Part shown: positions 35,205-45,524 of the stretch, piece after piece
Position numbering within the stretch: the first letter of the stretch is position 1
Layout of the letters: the number at the start of each line of letters is the position of its first letter
Assembly (NCBI GenBank): GCA_963828735.1
Contig: CAWHFW010000005.1
Coordinates: forward strand, 352,001 to 416,000
DNA: 64,000 bases
Direction: 5' to 3'
Source of the DNA: an uncultured Gemmatimonadales bacterium
Lineage (GTDB): Bacteria > Gemmatimonadota > Gemmatimonadetes > Gemmatimonadales > GWC2-71-9
The notes under the pieces: model-generated
The model's input: only the letters and a program-made list of their open reading frames with translations
Database searches by the model: none
What the model was told of the DNA's origin: nothing
Made by a program: the position numbers and the translations under genes

Positions 35205-37112
35205 TCAGCGGAAGAACCGGATATGTGTGGTGTAGGGGCTCCCGTGGATCGCCACGCCATTGAGGGTGATGGCCACTTTCACCGTGCCCACCGTGATCGG
35301 GGTCCACACGACCCGGTAGGTACCGTCGCCCCGATCCTCCGCGGCGATGGGGCTCCCCCCACCCGGCGTCACCACTACCACATCGCCGCCCCGTCCCACC
35401 GGATTCCCTTGCGCATCCGCCACCTGCACGAGGATCTCGAGCGGGTTCGCGTACACGCCGTCGGGAACCGTGGCGGTCGTCTTGCTCGGATCCGACGCGC
35501 CGGCCGCGACGGTGCTCGTGAACGGCGAGCCCGGGATCGGCTGGCCGGCCACGCGCAGGTCGAGCTGGTCGGCGCCGGTGTGCGCGGGAGTGTACTTCGC
35601 CAGGTAGCCGCCTCCGCCGACATCCTCGATGCGGACGTTCGCGCCCGCGTTGGCGCCGGCCACCACCATGGCGATCTGGCCGGCGGCGCCGGGCACCGGG
35701 TTGCCGAACTCGTCCTGGAGTCGCACGCTGACAGCGGTCTCCGTCCCCGCGACACCGGCTGGCGCTTCGGCCGTGGACCGGGCTGCCGCGGGTGCGCCAG
35801 CGTTGACCGTGACGGTGCGGGTACCGAGCGTAACGCCGCCCGTGACCGCCGTGATGTCGTGATCGCCGGACGCCGTGGCGCTGAATTGCCCGGTCGTCGT
35901 GCCCGTGCCGTCGGTCGGAGCCGGCTGCGTGAGCGACACGCCCGGACCGGTGGCGGACAGGGTGACGACCTGCCCAGAAATCGGGTTGCCGGTCGCGTCG
36001 CGCACCTTGATCGTGACGATGCTGATGCTCGATCCCGTGGAGGCCGGGATCGTCTTCGGCGCCGCCTCCACCGAGCTCTTCGACGCGCTGGCGGCGCCAG
36101 GTAGCGCGGTAGCGGTGAAGGTCACCGGATTGCCGCTCACGGCGTCCGCGCCCACGGTTGCCGTGAGCGTGTTGGCCCCGGTCGCGCTGCCGAGCGTCCA
36201 ACCGCCTACGGTTGCGATGCCGTCCGCACCGGTGGTAGCGGCCGCACCGGTCAATGTGCCGCCGCCGGACGCGACCGCGAACGTCACGGGGATGCCGGGC
36301 ACCGGCGTTCCGCCGCCGTCGCGCACGACAACCGCCGGCAGGACTGGCACCGCCGTTCCGACTCGCACCGATTGCCCATCGCCGGCCGACACCGCCACCG
36401 CGCTCGGGGCGCCCACGCCGAGCGAGACGGGCGTGCTGATCGCGGAGGCATAGCCATCGGCGGCGAAGATGAGCGTCCGCGTACCCGGAGGTCCGGCGAT
36501 CGCGAGATCGGTGAACTCGACGCGCCCGTCGGCATCGCTCCCGCGGCTCGTCGTCCCTCGGAGGGCGCCGTCGCCCGAGGCGATCTGGACCGTGACCGAT
36601 ACGCCCGCGCGGGCGAGCGGCGCCCCGGTGGGATCCTGGAGCTCGAGGATGGGCTGTGGATCGAAGGGCGTGCCGGAGGACGCCAGCGGGCCGGGCTGGG
36701 TCACGAGCAGCAGCTTGGCCGCGACGGCGGTCGTGGTGAAGGTGACCGCGCTCTCGGGAAGCGGAGTGGCTACGGCGGTGGTGCCGTAGCTACCGACCTG
36801 CGCGCCCAGCATGCGCTGAGTGGCGGCGCGCCCGTCCGTGCCGGTCACCACGCTGGCCGGCGAGACGTCGCCACCGCCCTGTGGAGACCACGACACCTCG
36901 ACGCCGGAGACGGGGTTGTCGAAGCGGTCCACCACGCGGACGACGAGCGATTCGGCGGCCGGCGCCAGAATGGTCCCGGTCTGCGCGTCGCCCGCAATCT
37001 CGACCACCTTCGCGGCCTGGCCCTCGTTCGGCAGCACGAGATCCCCGCCCCCGCACCCGATTGCGGCGAGAGAGAAGAGCGCGAGTGCGATCGTCAGGCG
37101 GACACGGATCAT
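35205..37112 (-). CDS. Ig-like (invasin/Big_1, filamin-type) repeat lipoprotein
   Basis: Lipoprotein N-terminus CGGGDLVLP; repeated GDGQ...VVV.D..GNP; IPGSPF / IHGSPY filamin-like ends. Confidence 0.85.
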   Translation of the reverse strand: MIRVRLTIALALFSLAAIGCGGGDLVLPNEGQAAKVVEIAGDAQTGTILAPAAESLVVRVVDRFDNPVSGVEVSWSPQGGGDVSPASVVTGTDGRAATQRMLGAQVGSYGTTAVATPLPESAVTFTTTAVAAKLLLVTQPGPLASSGTPFDPQPILELQDPTGAPLARAGVSVTVQIASGDGALRGTTSRGSDADGRVEFTDLAIAGPPGTRTLIFAADGYASAISTPVSLGVGAPSAVAVSAGDGQSVRVGTAVPVLPAVVVRDGGGTPVPGIPVTFAVASGGGTLTGAAATTGADGIATVGGWTLGSATGANTLTATVGADAVSGNPVTFTATALPGAASASKSSVEAAPKTIPASTGSSISIVTIKVRDATGNPISGQVVTLSATGPGVSLTQPAPTDGTGTTTGQFSATASGDHDITAVTGGVTLGTRTVTVNAGAPAAARSTAEAPAGVAGTETAVSVRLQDEFGNPVPGAAGQIAMVVAGANAGANVRIEDVGGGGYLAKYTPAHTGADQLDLRVAGQPIPGSPFTSTVAAGASDPSKTTATVPDGVYANPLEILVQVADAQGNPVGRGGDVVVVTPGGGSPIAAEDRGDGTYRVVWTPITVGTVKVAITLNGVAIHGSPYTTHIRFFR

Positions 37113-37383
37113 GGACACCCTGAGGGGTTTCCGCACGCTTCCTGGCCCGGAAGGGGCATAGTCCTGCATCAGAAGGCGTTCGTATTTAAATACTTGTCTC
37201 GATGCGTCCACTTCGGCCGACCACGAGGCGGCCCCTCTGGGCAAGGCGCGAACGATTCGGTGTTGTAAGGATCTCCTATAGGCTACTCTGGCGTACACGC
37301 TTCGACTAGGACCTGGGTCACATCTGGCCGTTCACCGGCTGTGGTGCCCGCGCAGCATCACCTTGATCGCGGCCGGGGGCGGG

Positions 37384-40182
37384 CTAGTTCACGGTATGAG
37401 TCTTGGGATCGGCGCGGCTGGCGCCGAAGGCTGCGTCGCCTTCGTATTCCGCAGCGATGGTGAATTCGCCGGCGACCGGAAAGACGATCGTGCAGGCGCC
37501 GGCGCTCACCGCGGCCGTGCACGACGGGCCCCCGTCACTCGACACCGTGACGTTTCCCGTCGGCGAGCCTCCGTGCGCATCCACACGGAATCCCACGGTC
37601 ACCGGCTCGCCCGCGAGCGAGGGATCCGGTGCATCGGAAACGATCTCCGTCCTGGTTTCGCGCAACGCGAGCGTGATCGGCGCGGACTCGACCGCCGTGA
37701 AGCCTGCGGCGGTGAATCGAATGGTGTAGCTGCCCGGCGGCCCGTCGATGCGGAGATCGTTCCACGACGCGTGGCCCTTCTTGTCGGTCTGTTGCGTGAG
37801 CGTACCAGAGAGCGTTCCACCGCCTGAGGCCAGCTCGGCCACGATCGAAACCCCCGGGGATTCCAGCTCCGAGCCGGTCGCGGTGCGGAGCCCGAGCTCC
37901 GGTTGCCGATCGAAGGGACTCCCCGACTGGGCCGTGGCCGACGGCTGCGTGCGAATCGACAGCGCCGACGGTGCCGGCGCCGTCACGACCGTCACGGTCG
38001 GCTGCTCGGCGATGGTGACTCCCCCCGCGACGGCCGTGAGCGCCTTGGTTCCCACCTCGGCAGAGCGGAAGCTGAATTTGGCCTCCCCCTTCCTGTTGGT
38101 GGTGGCCGATGGTGGGGAGATCGTGTTGCCGCCGCCCGTGGCGGACAGGACCACGGGGACGCCCTCGATCTCGCGGCCGTTGGCGTCGCGCACGACGACC
38201 TTCACGTCGGTATTCCGGTTGATCTCGATGCTGGCGTCCTTCACGTCGACGCTCGACGCGGTGGCGCTGGGAGCCGGCGGCGGCGGTGCCGGCACGCGTA
38301 CCGTGTGCCGATCGCTGTCGCTGCTTCCCGCGAATCCTCCCTCACCCGCATACGTGGCGGTGAGGGTCCGCTCCCCTGCCGCGGTGAGCGTCAGAGCACA
38401 CGACCCGTCGCCGATGCCGGCGGCACAGGTCTCGGCCCCGCCGCTCGCCGTGACCGTCACGGTGCCGGTGGGCGTTCCCGATGCCGCGGTGACGGTGAAC
38501 CGGACGGTCACGGTCTGCCCGACGTCGGACGGATCGGGATCGTCGGCCGTGATCCGCGTCGTCGTCCCCGTCGGCGCGAGCGCCTCGACGAGGTGCGACT
38601 CGGCGTCCGAGCTTCCCTCGAATTCGGCACCGCCTGCATAGGTCGCCGTGAGGGTACGCGCCCCGGTGCTCACGGGCACGAGCGAGCATTCCGCGGCCGC
38701 CACGGTCGCGCTGCAGGTCGCGCCATCGTCCGAGTCCACCCGGACCGTCCCATCTGGCACGCCGCCTGGTGACTGTACCCGGAACCGAACGCGCACCGGC
38801 ACACCGGGGGCGGACGGATCCGGCTCGTCGGAAACGATGGCGGTCGTCGTTCCCGCACGCGCGAGACCGATGCTGTGCGAGGTGACCCCCGTGTAGTTCG
38901 TCGCGGAGAAGGCGAGGGCGTAGGATCCCGGCGGCCCCTGGAGCGCGAGGTCGTGAAACTCGGCACGGCCCTCGGCGTTCGTGGCGCGGGTAAGTGTGCC
39001 ACGGATCGTGGCGCCGCCGGGAACGAGGGACACGGTGACGTTGACGCCGGCCTTCCGACGGACCGACCCGTCCGGCTCGCGAAGCTGCACGACCGGCTGG
39101 ACGGCGAGTACGACACCGCGCACGGCGGATTCCGACGGCTGCACCTCCAACGTCAGCCCCGGCGGCGCCCCCGGATCTCCGGTCGCGGTAAAGCCGACCG
39201 TGCCGACGCCCGAGATCACGGCCGTCGCGGTGTTCCTGCCCGCAGACGGCCCGAGCGTCCAACGGGTGGAGGCACGGCCGTCGGCGTCGGTGGCGCTCGT
39301 GGCCGGCGCCAGGCCACCCCCGCCCTCGCCGACGACCCACGTCACCGGAAGGTCCGCCACCGGATTGCCGTCCGCATCGTGCGCCCGCACCACGAGCGGG
39401 TCGGGCAGCGCGGTGCCCGCGAGCGCGGACTGCCCGTCGCCCGAAACGAGCTCGAGGACCGCGGCCGCGCCGGCCATGGCGGTGTGGGTGAAGGTGACAG
39501 GCGAACCCGAAAGGCCACCCGCGCTTGCCAACGTATGCTGGGTACCGGCACCCGGCCCGAGCGTCCGCTCTACCGAGGCGCTCCCGTCGGGCCCGGTCAC
39601 GGTCGTCTCGTCGCTCAGTGTGCCGCCGGCATCCGCAGTCCACGTGATCGTGACGCCGGCAATCGGATTGCCGAATCCGTCGGTCACCCGCACCACCAGC
39701 GGCTCGGGCAGGGGCGCGCCCACCGACGCGCGCTGCTGATCGCCGGAGACCTCCGTCAGCACGTTCGCGTCGGCCGAGAGGGCCGTGAGCGAGACCGGGG
39801 CCGAGAGGACGCCCGAGCCGCCACCGGGACTTACCCGAACCTCCGCGCCGACCGCGCCGACGCGGGTGCCCATCATCACCTGGAACGCAGCCTCGCCGTC
39901 CGACCCGGTGACCATCGTGTCGGGCGCCACGGTGGCGTCGGACCCGTCGTCGAACGCGAAGGCGACGGGCACGCCGACGACCGGCCGCCCCTGCCCATCC
40001 GATACGAGGGCGACGACCGGCTCCGCGAGGGCGGTGCCGACGCTGGCGGCCTGGCCATCCCCCTCGACGATTTCGATGCGCGCCGGCTCGCCGGCCGCGG
40101 GCAGCAAGAGATCGCCGCCGCCGCACGCCACGAGGACGGCCATGACGGGGACGAGGCGGCAGACGGCGCTGGATGAGAACAC
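37384..40182 (-). CDS. Large Ig-like repeat lipoprotein
   Basis: CGGGDLLLP; Big_1-like repeats plus D.PDPS..G..VTV.F.V repeats. The start codon is uncertain. Confidence 0.85.
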   Translation of the reverse strand: MFSSSAVCRLVPVMAVLVACGGGDLLLPAAGEPARIEIVEGDGQAASVGTALAEPVVALVSDGQGRPVVGVPVAFAFDDGSDATVAPDTMVTGSDGEAAFQVMMGTRVGAVGAEVRVSPGGGSGVLSAPVSLTALSADANVLTEVSGDQQRASVGAPLPEPLVVRVTDGFGNPIAGVTITWTADAGGTLSDETTVTGPDGSASVERTLGPGAGTQHTLASAGGLSGSPVTFTHTAMAGAAAVLELVSGDGQSALAGTALPDPLVVRAHDADGNPVADLPVTWVVGEGGGGLAPATSATDADGRASTRWTLGPSAGRNTATAVISGVGTVGFTATGDPGAPPGLTLEVQPSESAVRGVVLAVQPVVQLREPDGSVRRKAGVNVTVSLVPGGATIRGTLTRATNAEGRAEFHDLALQGPPGSYALAFSATNYTGVTSHSIGLARAGTTTAIVSDEPDPSAPGVPVRVRFRVQSPGGVPDGTVRVDSDDGATCSATVAAAECSLVPVSTGARTLTATYAGGAEFEGSSDAESHLVEALAPTGTTTRITADDPDPSDVGQTVTVRFTVTAASGTPTGTVTVTASGGAETCAAGIGDGSCALTLTAAGERTLTATYAGEGGFAGSSDSDRHTVRVPAPPPPAPSATASSVDVKDASIEINRNTDVKVVVRDANGREIEGVPVVLSATGGGNTISPPSATTNRKGEAKFSFRSAEVGTKALTAVAGGVTIAEQPTVTVVTAPAPSALSIRTQPSATAQSGSPFDRQPELGLRTATGSELESPGVSIVAELASGGGTLSGTLTQQTDKKGHASWNDLRIDGPPGSYTIRFTAAGFTAVESAPITLALRETRTEIVSDAPDPSLAGEPVTVGFRVDAHGGSPTGNVTVSSDGGPSCTAAVSAGACTIVFPVAGEFTIAAEYEGDAAFGASRADPKTHTVN

Positions 40183-40325
40183 AGAGCTCTGCGAGGTTGA
40201 GGCGGACGACGTTGTGGAAACGAAGCGAAGCTACGAGCGGGCGCGATGGGCGTCGGTGGGATGCGTCACAGGCGGGCGGACGCCGGTACGCGAGGGTGAG
40301 TCGGCGGAAGGCTGTTAGAAGGCTG

Positions 40326-43300
40326 TTAGTTGATCGTGAATGTCTGATCCGGCGTGGTATCCTCACCCCCGCTGGCCGTTCCGCCGTTGTCCTCGAGGTG
40401 CACGGTCACGGTCGTGGGCCCCAGAAAGAGCGCGTTCGGGGTGAACGTCAGCGTTCCGTTCGAGTCGATACTGGGCGGAGCGTCGAACTTGAGCGCATCG
40501 AGCGGGCCCACCGACACCACGAAGGTCAGCGCCTGACCGGCCTCGTCCGCCGGTCCGGCGCTCAGGCTGGTGGCCCACGGCTGGCTGAAGGCCACGCCCG
40601 CGGCCGTCGACGTCACGTCACCGCCGGGCGTGAAGCTCGGCGCGTCGTTTACGGCGGTGACGGTGATCGTAACCGTGGCGGCCGCGGACGACCCGCCGTC
40701 GCCGTCTTGTGCCGTGTAGGTAAAGCTGTCGGTCCCGTTGAAGTCCGCATTAGGCGTGTAGGTAAAGGTCCCGTCGAGAGCGAGCGTAACGGTACCGTGC
40801 GCTGGCTCGCTCGCCTTGTGCGCGGTCAGCGACGACTCGGGGCCGTCCGGGTCGTCGTCGTTCTTGAGCACGCTGCCACCGCCTCCTACCGAGAGCTGCG
40901 TGTCCTCCTGCGTGGAGTATGAAGGATCGTCCGTCGCGGTCGGCGGCACGTTGGGCACCGCGTTGACCGTCTGGGTGACGGGGCTGGAGGTGCTGCCCTC
41001 GAACGTTGGCGACCCCTGGTACACTGCCGTGATGGCGTGGTCACCCACGGGCAAATCGTTCTTGGCAAACGTGGCGTCGCCGGAGGCGTTGAGGTTGCCC
41101 TGGCCGAGCTGCGTGGCCCCCTCGAAGAACTTCACCTGACCGGTCGGGCTTCCGGTGCCCGACGTCGCGGCCACGTGAGCGGTGAACGTCACGTTGTCCC
41201 CGGCGTTCGACGGATTGAGCGATGACGACAACGCCGTGCTCGTCTCGCCGTGGACGACGTGGGGCTCGTTGTCGGTGGAGGCGTTGAAATTGGCATCCCC
41301 CGGATAGCTGGCGGTGAGGTTCCGGTTGCCGCTCGCCGTGAGCACCACGTCGCAGCTGCCGGTCCCGAACACGGCGGGTGCGGTGCAGGTCTCGGTGCCG
41401 CCGCTCACCGTCACGGTCACGTCGCCCGTGGCGGTGCCGGCTCCGGCGCCCGTCGGTGCGAGCGTCCACTGGACGGTCACCGATTGGCCGACGACGGACG
41501 GATCATCCGGCCCGTCCGACGTGATGGTAAGGCTCGTGTTGGCCTTGTTCACGGTGTGGATGACCGCCGTTGACACGCTGCCCGCGAAGTTCACGTCACC
41601 GTTGTAGGTCGCTGTCACGTTCCTGGCGCCGACGGACGTGAAGAAGATCTGGCAGCTGCCCACGCCCGTGCCGGCATTGATCCCGCCCGTGCAGCTGTCG
41701 GTGCCGTCCGATACGGTCACCGTACCCGTCAAGCTCCCTGCGCCCGGGGAAACGATGTTGATGTCGTAGTTGAAGGTCTCTGGCTGGCCGAAGACCGACG
41801 GTCCGGACGGCGACTTCGACGTGATGTTGATTGTCGTGCTGGCCTGGACGACGTCGAACGGGTTGCTGGTCGCGCTCGCCACCCCCGACCCGAGGGCGGT
41901 GAGTGTATAGGCCGTGCCGGCCTTGTTCACGGCGAGGTTGTTGAAGGTGGCGGTGCCGAAGACTGGAGTGGCCGTGGCGGCGCCGGTGAGCGTCCCGGTC
42001 ACGGACGAAATCAGCGTGATTGGGTTGCCCGTCAGAACGGGGTTCCCGCCCGCATCCTGGACCTGCACTTGGATCGCCGGCGAGAACCGCTCGCCCACCA
42101 CGCGGTTGGTCGGCTGTGTGATGAACACGAGTCGGTTGGCCGCCCCGGTCAGAATATCGAACGAGGCGCTGGTCACGCCCGTCAGCGCGCTTGCCGCCGC
42201 GGTGAGCGTGTACCCGTTGCCGGCCTTGTCGATCGAGAGATTGCTGAAGGTGGCGACGCCGTTGACCGCGCCCACCGTGACGGTGCCCGAGAGCACGCCG
42301 CCCGCGGGGTTGCTGCCGATGGCGAGCGTCACCGCGTCAGTGGCCGAGGTGACCGTGTTGCCGGCCGCATCCTGGATGGCGACCTTGACCGCCGGCGTGA
42401 TGGTGCCGCCGGCCGAGGTATTCACCGGCGCCTGGCTGAACGCCAGCTTGGTGGCGACGCCAGCCGTCGCCGTCGCCGTGAAGGGCACCGACGGAAGTCC
42501 CGAGAACACGGCGTTGAGGAGGTTCGAGCCCGCGTTCGGCCCGAGCGTCCAGCTGGTCTCCGCGAGGCCGGTCGGGCTGGTGGTCACGTTCTGCGGATTG
42601 ACCGAGCCACCGCCGGTCGCGACGACCCACGTGATCGCCTTCCCGCCGACCCCGTTCCCGTTGTCGTCCACCAGGCGAACCACGAGAGGCGCCGAGAGTG
42701 CGGATCCTGCCTGGACGCTTTGGGCGTCGCCCGACACCAGCAGAAGGGCGGTGGGATTTGCGGCTTCGGCGGTCTGGGTGAAGGTGACCGTCGTAAGGCC
42801 GCCGGCGGACGCCATCGCCGTCTGCGTGCCCGATGCGTTGCCGAGCACTCGCTCGGCCGCGGCCAGTCCATCGGCGCCGCTCACGAGCGTGGCCGGGCTG
42901 ATGGAGCCGCCGCCGCCGACGGCCCAGGTCACCTGGACGCCGGCCACGGGATTGCCCAGCACATCGGTCACCCGAACGACCAGCGAATCGGGCAGCGCCG
43001 ACCCGACGGCCGCAGTTTGGTTGTCGCCGCTGACCACGACGAGCTGCGCCCCAGCTCCCGAGACCGCCGTCGCATTGAAGCTCACATTGAGGGTCGCGGG
43101 AACCCCGGTCCCGGTCACCTTCGCCGTCACCCGCTGCTGCCCCGCTGCCGGGCCCAGGGTCCAGGTCGCGGAGGCTTGGCCGTTCGGTCCCGTGGTGGCA
43201 CTGCCGGGTGTGACCTGCCCACCGCCTGCATCGATCGTGAAGCTCACGGCCTGACCTTCGACCGGACGGTCGAAGTCGTCGGCGACGCGGACCACGAGCG

Positions 43301-43469
43301 GTTGCGACAATGCGCCACCGGCAGGTGCCGACTGGCTGTCTCCGCTCACGATGGTAATAGCTGTCGCGAACTCGTTGGGCAGCACGACCCCGTCGCTCCC
43401 GCAGCCGATGGCTGCAGCGGGCAGGGCGAGCGCGATCAGTGACGCGAGACGTCGCCGGATCGTGGTCAA
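40326..43469 (-). CDS. Large Ig-like repeat lipoprotein with C-terminal cadherin-like/Big_9-type repeats
   Basis: TTG start; CGSDGVVLP; Big_1-like repeats; GTFTYTPNADFNGTDSFTY...VNDAP. Confidence 0.85.
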   Translation of the reverse strand: MTTIRRRLASLIALALPAAAIGCGSDGVVLPNEFATAITIVSGDSQSAPAGGALSQPLVVRVADDFDRPVEGQAVSFTIDAGGGQVTPGSATTGPNGQASATWTLGPAAGQQRVTAKVTGTGVPATLNVSFNATAVSGAGAQLVVVSGDNQTAAVGSALPDSLVVRVTDVLGNPVAGVQVTWAVGGGGSISPATLVSGADGLAAAERVLGNASGTQTAMASAGGLTTVTFTQTAEAANPTALLLVSGDAQSVQAGSALSAPLVVRLVDDNGNGVGGKAITWVVATGGGSVNPQNVTTSPTGLAETSWTLGPNAGSNLLNAVFSGLPSVPFTATATAGVATKLAFSQAPVNTSAGGTITPAVKVAIQDAAGNTVTSATDAVTLAIGSNPAGGVLSGTVTVGAVNGVATFSNLSIDKAGNGYTLTAAASALTGVTSASFDILTGAANRLVFITQPTNRVVGERFSPAIQVQVQDAGGNPVLTGNPITLISSVTGTLTGAATATPVFGTATFNNLAVNKAGTAYTLTALGSGVASATSNPFDVVQASTTINITSKSPSGPSVFGQPETFNYDINIVSPGAGSLTGTVTVSDGTDSCTGGINAGTGVGSCQIFFTSVGARNVTATYNGDVNFAGSVSTAVIHTVNKANTSLTITSDGPDDPSVVGQSVTVQWTLAPTGAGAGTATGDVTVTVSGGTETCTAPAVFGTGSCDVVLTASGNRNLTASYPGDANFNASTDNEPHVVHGETSTALSSSLNPSNAGDNVTFTAHVAATSGTGSPTGQVKFFEGATQLGQGNLNASGDATFAKNDLPVGDHAITAVYQGSPTFEGSTSSPVTQTVNAVPNVPPTATDDPSYSTQEDTQLSVGGGGSVLKNDDDPDGPESSLTAHKASEPAHGTVTLALDGTFTYTPNADFNGTDSFTYTAQDGDGGSSAAATVTITVTAVNDAPSFTPGGDVTSTAAGVAFSQPWATSLSAGPADEAGQALTFVVSVGPLDALKFDAPPSIDSNGTLTFTPNALFLGPTTVTVHLEDNGGTASGGEDTTPDQTFTIN

Positions 43470-43533
43470 GGCATGTCCTGTAGAGGGACGATGAACCGAA
43501 TTGCGCTGGCTCGTCGGATCAGGCGGGAATCCA

Positions 43534-43549
43534 AGCAGGATACATGCCC
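43534..43549 (-). promoter_or_regulatory. Candidate sigma-54 promoter of the Ig-protein genes
   Basis: Minus strand GGGCATG-TATC-CTGCT with correct GG/GC spacing, 64 nt upstream of the start. Confidence 0.45.
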
Positions 43550-43642
43550 CGGTGGGATCCGGCGGAAAGCAGGCAGCTCGTTATCGCAAATCGACTTAGT
43601 GCCGGGCGAGATCTGAGTGTTGCGCGACCGCTACAACAGGAC

Positions 43643-44359
43643 CTAGAATCCCACCGTGGCGGTAAAGGTAACGGATGAGGTGCTGGCCTCTTCGACTTCC
43701 GCGGTGGCCCTCTGGACGCCGATCTCGTTTCCCAGGGTCCAGATCACGCTGGTCGTTCCATCAGCAGCCGTGACGCTTTCTTCCGGCGCCAGATCCCCGT
43801 TCCCGTGTTCGGCGTTCCATTTGACGCGGACTCCCGCCACCGGGTTCCCGAAGCGGTCCACCACGGCGACGACGAGCGGCTCGTCGAGCGGTTCCCGGCG
43901 GCGCCCCGGTTGAATCAGCGGTCCCACGGCGCGCACCGTGTCCGGCGCGCCGACTGTCGCCGCGGCCTGAAGCGGCACGATGGCCGGGGCGGCACCGCTG
44001 TCGGGAACGATGCGGGCCTCGGCGGCGTACGCACCAGGGGCGCGGCCGAGCACCCACTGGGTGGACGCATGACCGACTGAGTCGGTGAGCGAGGTGTCGG
44101 GATCGAAGACGTCGTCGGTGCCGGTGCGGACAAACGCCACCTTCTGCCCGCCCATCGGAGCGCCGGCAGCACTGCGCACCACGACGACCACTGGGTCGGC
44201 GAGAGGCTGGCCCACCGTGCCGGTCTGGCCATCGCCACCGACGACGGCCAAGCTCAGCGGAGACACCGTGGAGCCAGGAAGGGTGATATCACCGCTGCAG
44301 CCGCCAAGGACGATGGCCGCCGCGGTCACCAAGACTGCAAACTCTTTCATGCGCGCCAC
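43643..44359 (-). CDS. Two-repeat Ig-like (Big_1) lipoprotein
   Basis: CSGDITLP, GGDGQTGTVG and VVDRFGNPVAG. Confidence 0.8.
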   Translation of the reverse strand: MARMKEFAVLVTAAAIVLGGCSGDITLPGSTVSPLSLAVVGGDGQTGTVGQPLADPVVVVVRSAAGAPMGGQKVAFVRTGTDDVFDPDTSLTDSVGHASTQWVLGRAPGAYAAEARIVPDSGAAPAIVPLQAAATVGAPDTVRAVGPLIQPGRRREPLDEPLVVAVVDRFGNPVAGVRVKWNAEHGNGDLAPEESVTAADGTTSVIWTLGNEIGVQRATAEVEEASTSSVTFTATVGF

Positions 44360-44383
44360 CTACGAGCCTTCCGTGCGGACCTC

Positions 44384-44619
44384 TTACCATACCCGGGAGG
44401 CGGGCATCTTGCCAGTAGTGGCCCTACCGGCCCGCTGGAACAGGACCCCGACGCCGAAGTTCACGACGCGCCCGCGGTACCCTTCGCCGCCCCGACCGAG
44501 TCCTGGAGCCGCGCCAGCCCAGCCGAGGCTTCCTGAGCTGCCGCCGCACCACCGAGCAACAGGAGCAGAGCACCAGCCGTGACGCCACGCCGAAGCGCCG
44601 TCTTCAACCACCCCGTCAT
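44384..44619 (-). pseudogene. Probable relic of a secreted or outer-membrane protein gene
   Basis: An intact-looking signal peptide (MTGWLK...AAAAQ) stops after 52 aa. Another frame carries a terminal-strand-like GYRGRVVNFGVGVLF. Confidence 0.35.
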
Positions 44620-44769
44620 CGTTAGGTTGCGGGCGTTCGTGGGATACGGCGGAGTGAAAGGCAAGAGCCCGACGCGGCCGGCGCCCATGCCATTTGCTTG
44701 TTCCGGCGGCGTTTAGCGGCGGACAACCGCGGGCGCTTCCTTTTCGACCAATCCTCAACTGCACAACGC

Positions 44770-45489
44770 ATGGCACCCACCGCACGCCGGATCACGATGG
44801 CCGTCATGCTGCTGATCGCCGTCGGCTTCGCTCGCCTCGGCGTCTGGCAGCTGTCGCGGCTCAGGGAGCGCCGGGCGGCGAACGTCGCGATCGTCGCGGC
44901 GCGAGCCGCGGCCGCGGTGCGGATCACCGCGACGTCAGCCGGCACCGACACGCTGCGTGAGCACCGGGTCATGGCGGAGGGACGGTACGACCAGGCGCGG
45001 GAGATCGTTCTCCGTGGCGAGGTCTTCGAAGGCGTGCCAGGCGTGCGGATCGTGACGCCGCTGCTGCTGGCGGAGGGTGGCCCGGCGATACTCGTCGATC
45101 GAGGGTTCTTGCCGGCCGCCGATGCGGTCTCGGTGGACACGCACGGCACCGAGGAGCCGGGAGTGCGAGCCGTGCGCGGAATCGCGCTTCCGATCGGGAC
45201 GGCGCCGGGTGAGGCAGTCGAGCACGCCGGACGCACGACGTGGCGGCGGCTCGATCTCGCGGCGGTGCGACGAGTGCTGCCGTATGGCGTGCTTCCCGTG
45301 TTCATCGCGCAGAGTCCCGACAGCTCGCTGCCGCGCTTCCCTCGACGGGTTGAACCGCCGCCGGTCGACGAGGGCCCGCACCTGGGCTACGCGATCCAGT
45401 GGTTCCTGTTCGCGGGGCTGGCGGCGGCGTTCGCGGTGCTGGTGGTGGGGCGGACGGGGAAGCGGGATGCGGTGCCGGGCGACGAGTGA
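44770..45489 (+). CDS. SURF1 family protein
   Basis: Motifs LGVWQLSRL, ILVDRGF and HLGYAIQWFLF. Confidence 0.92.
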   Translation: MAPTARRITMAVMLLIAVGFARLGVWQLSRLRERRAANVAIVAARAAAAVRITATSAGTDTLREHRVMAEGRYDQAREIVLRGEVFEGVPGVRIVTPLLLAEGGPAILVDRGFLPAADAVSVDTHGTEEPGVRAVRGIALPIGTAPGEAVEHAGRTTWRRLDLAAVRRVLPYGVLPVFIAQSPDSSLPRFPRRVEPPPVDEGPHLGYAIQWFLFAGLAAAFAVLVVGRTGKRDAVPGDE

Positions 45490-45524
45490 GGTGCACGCCG
45501 CCCGTTCAGGACGCCGACACCCGC

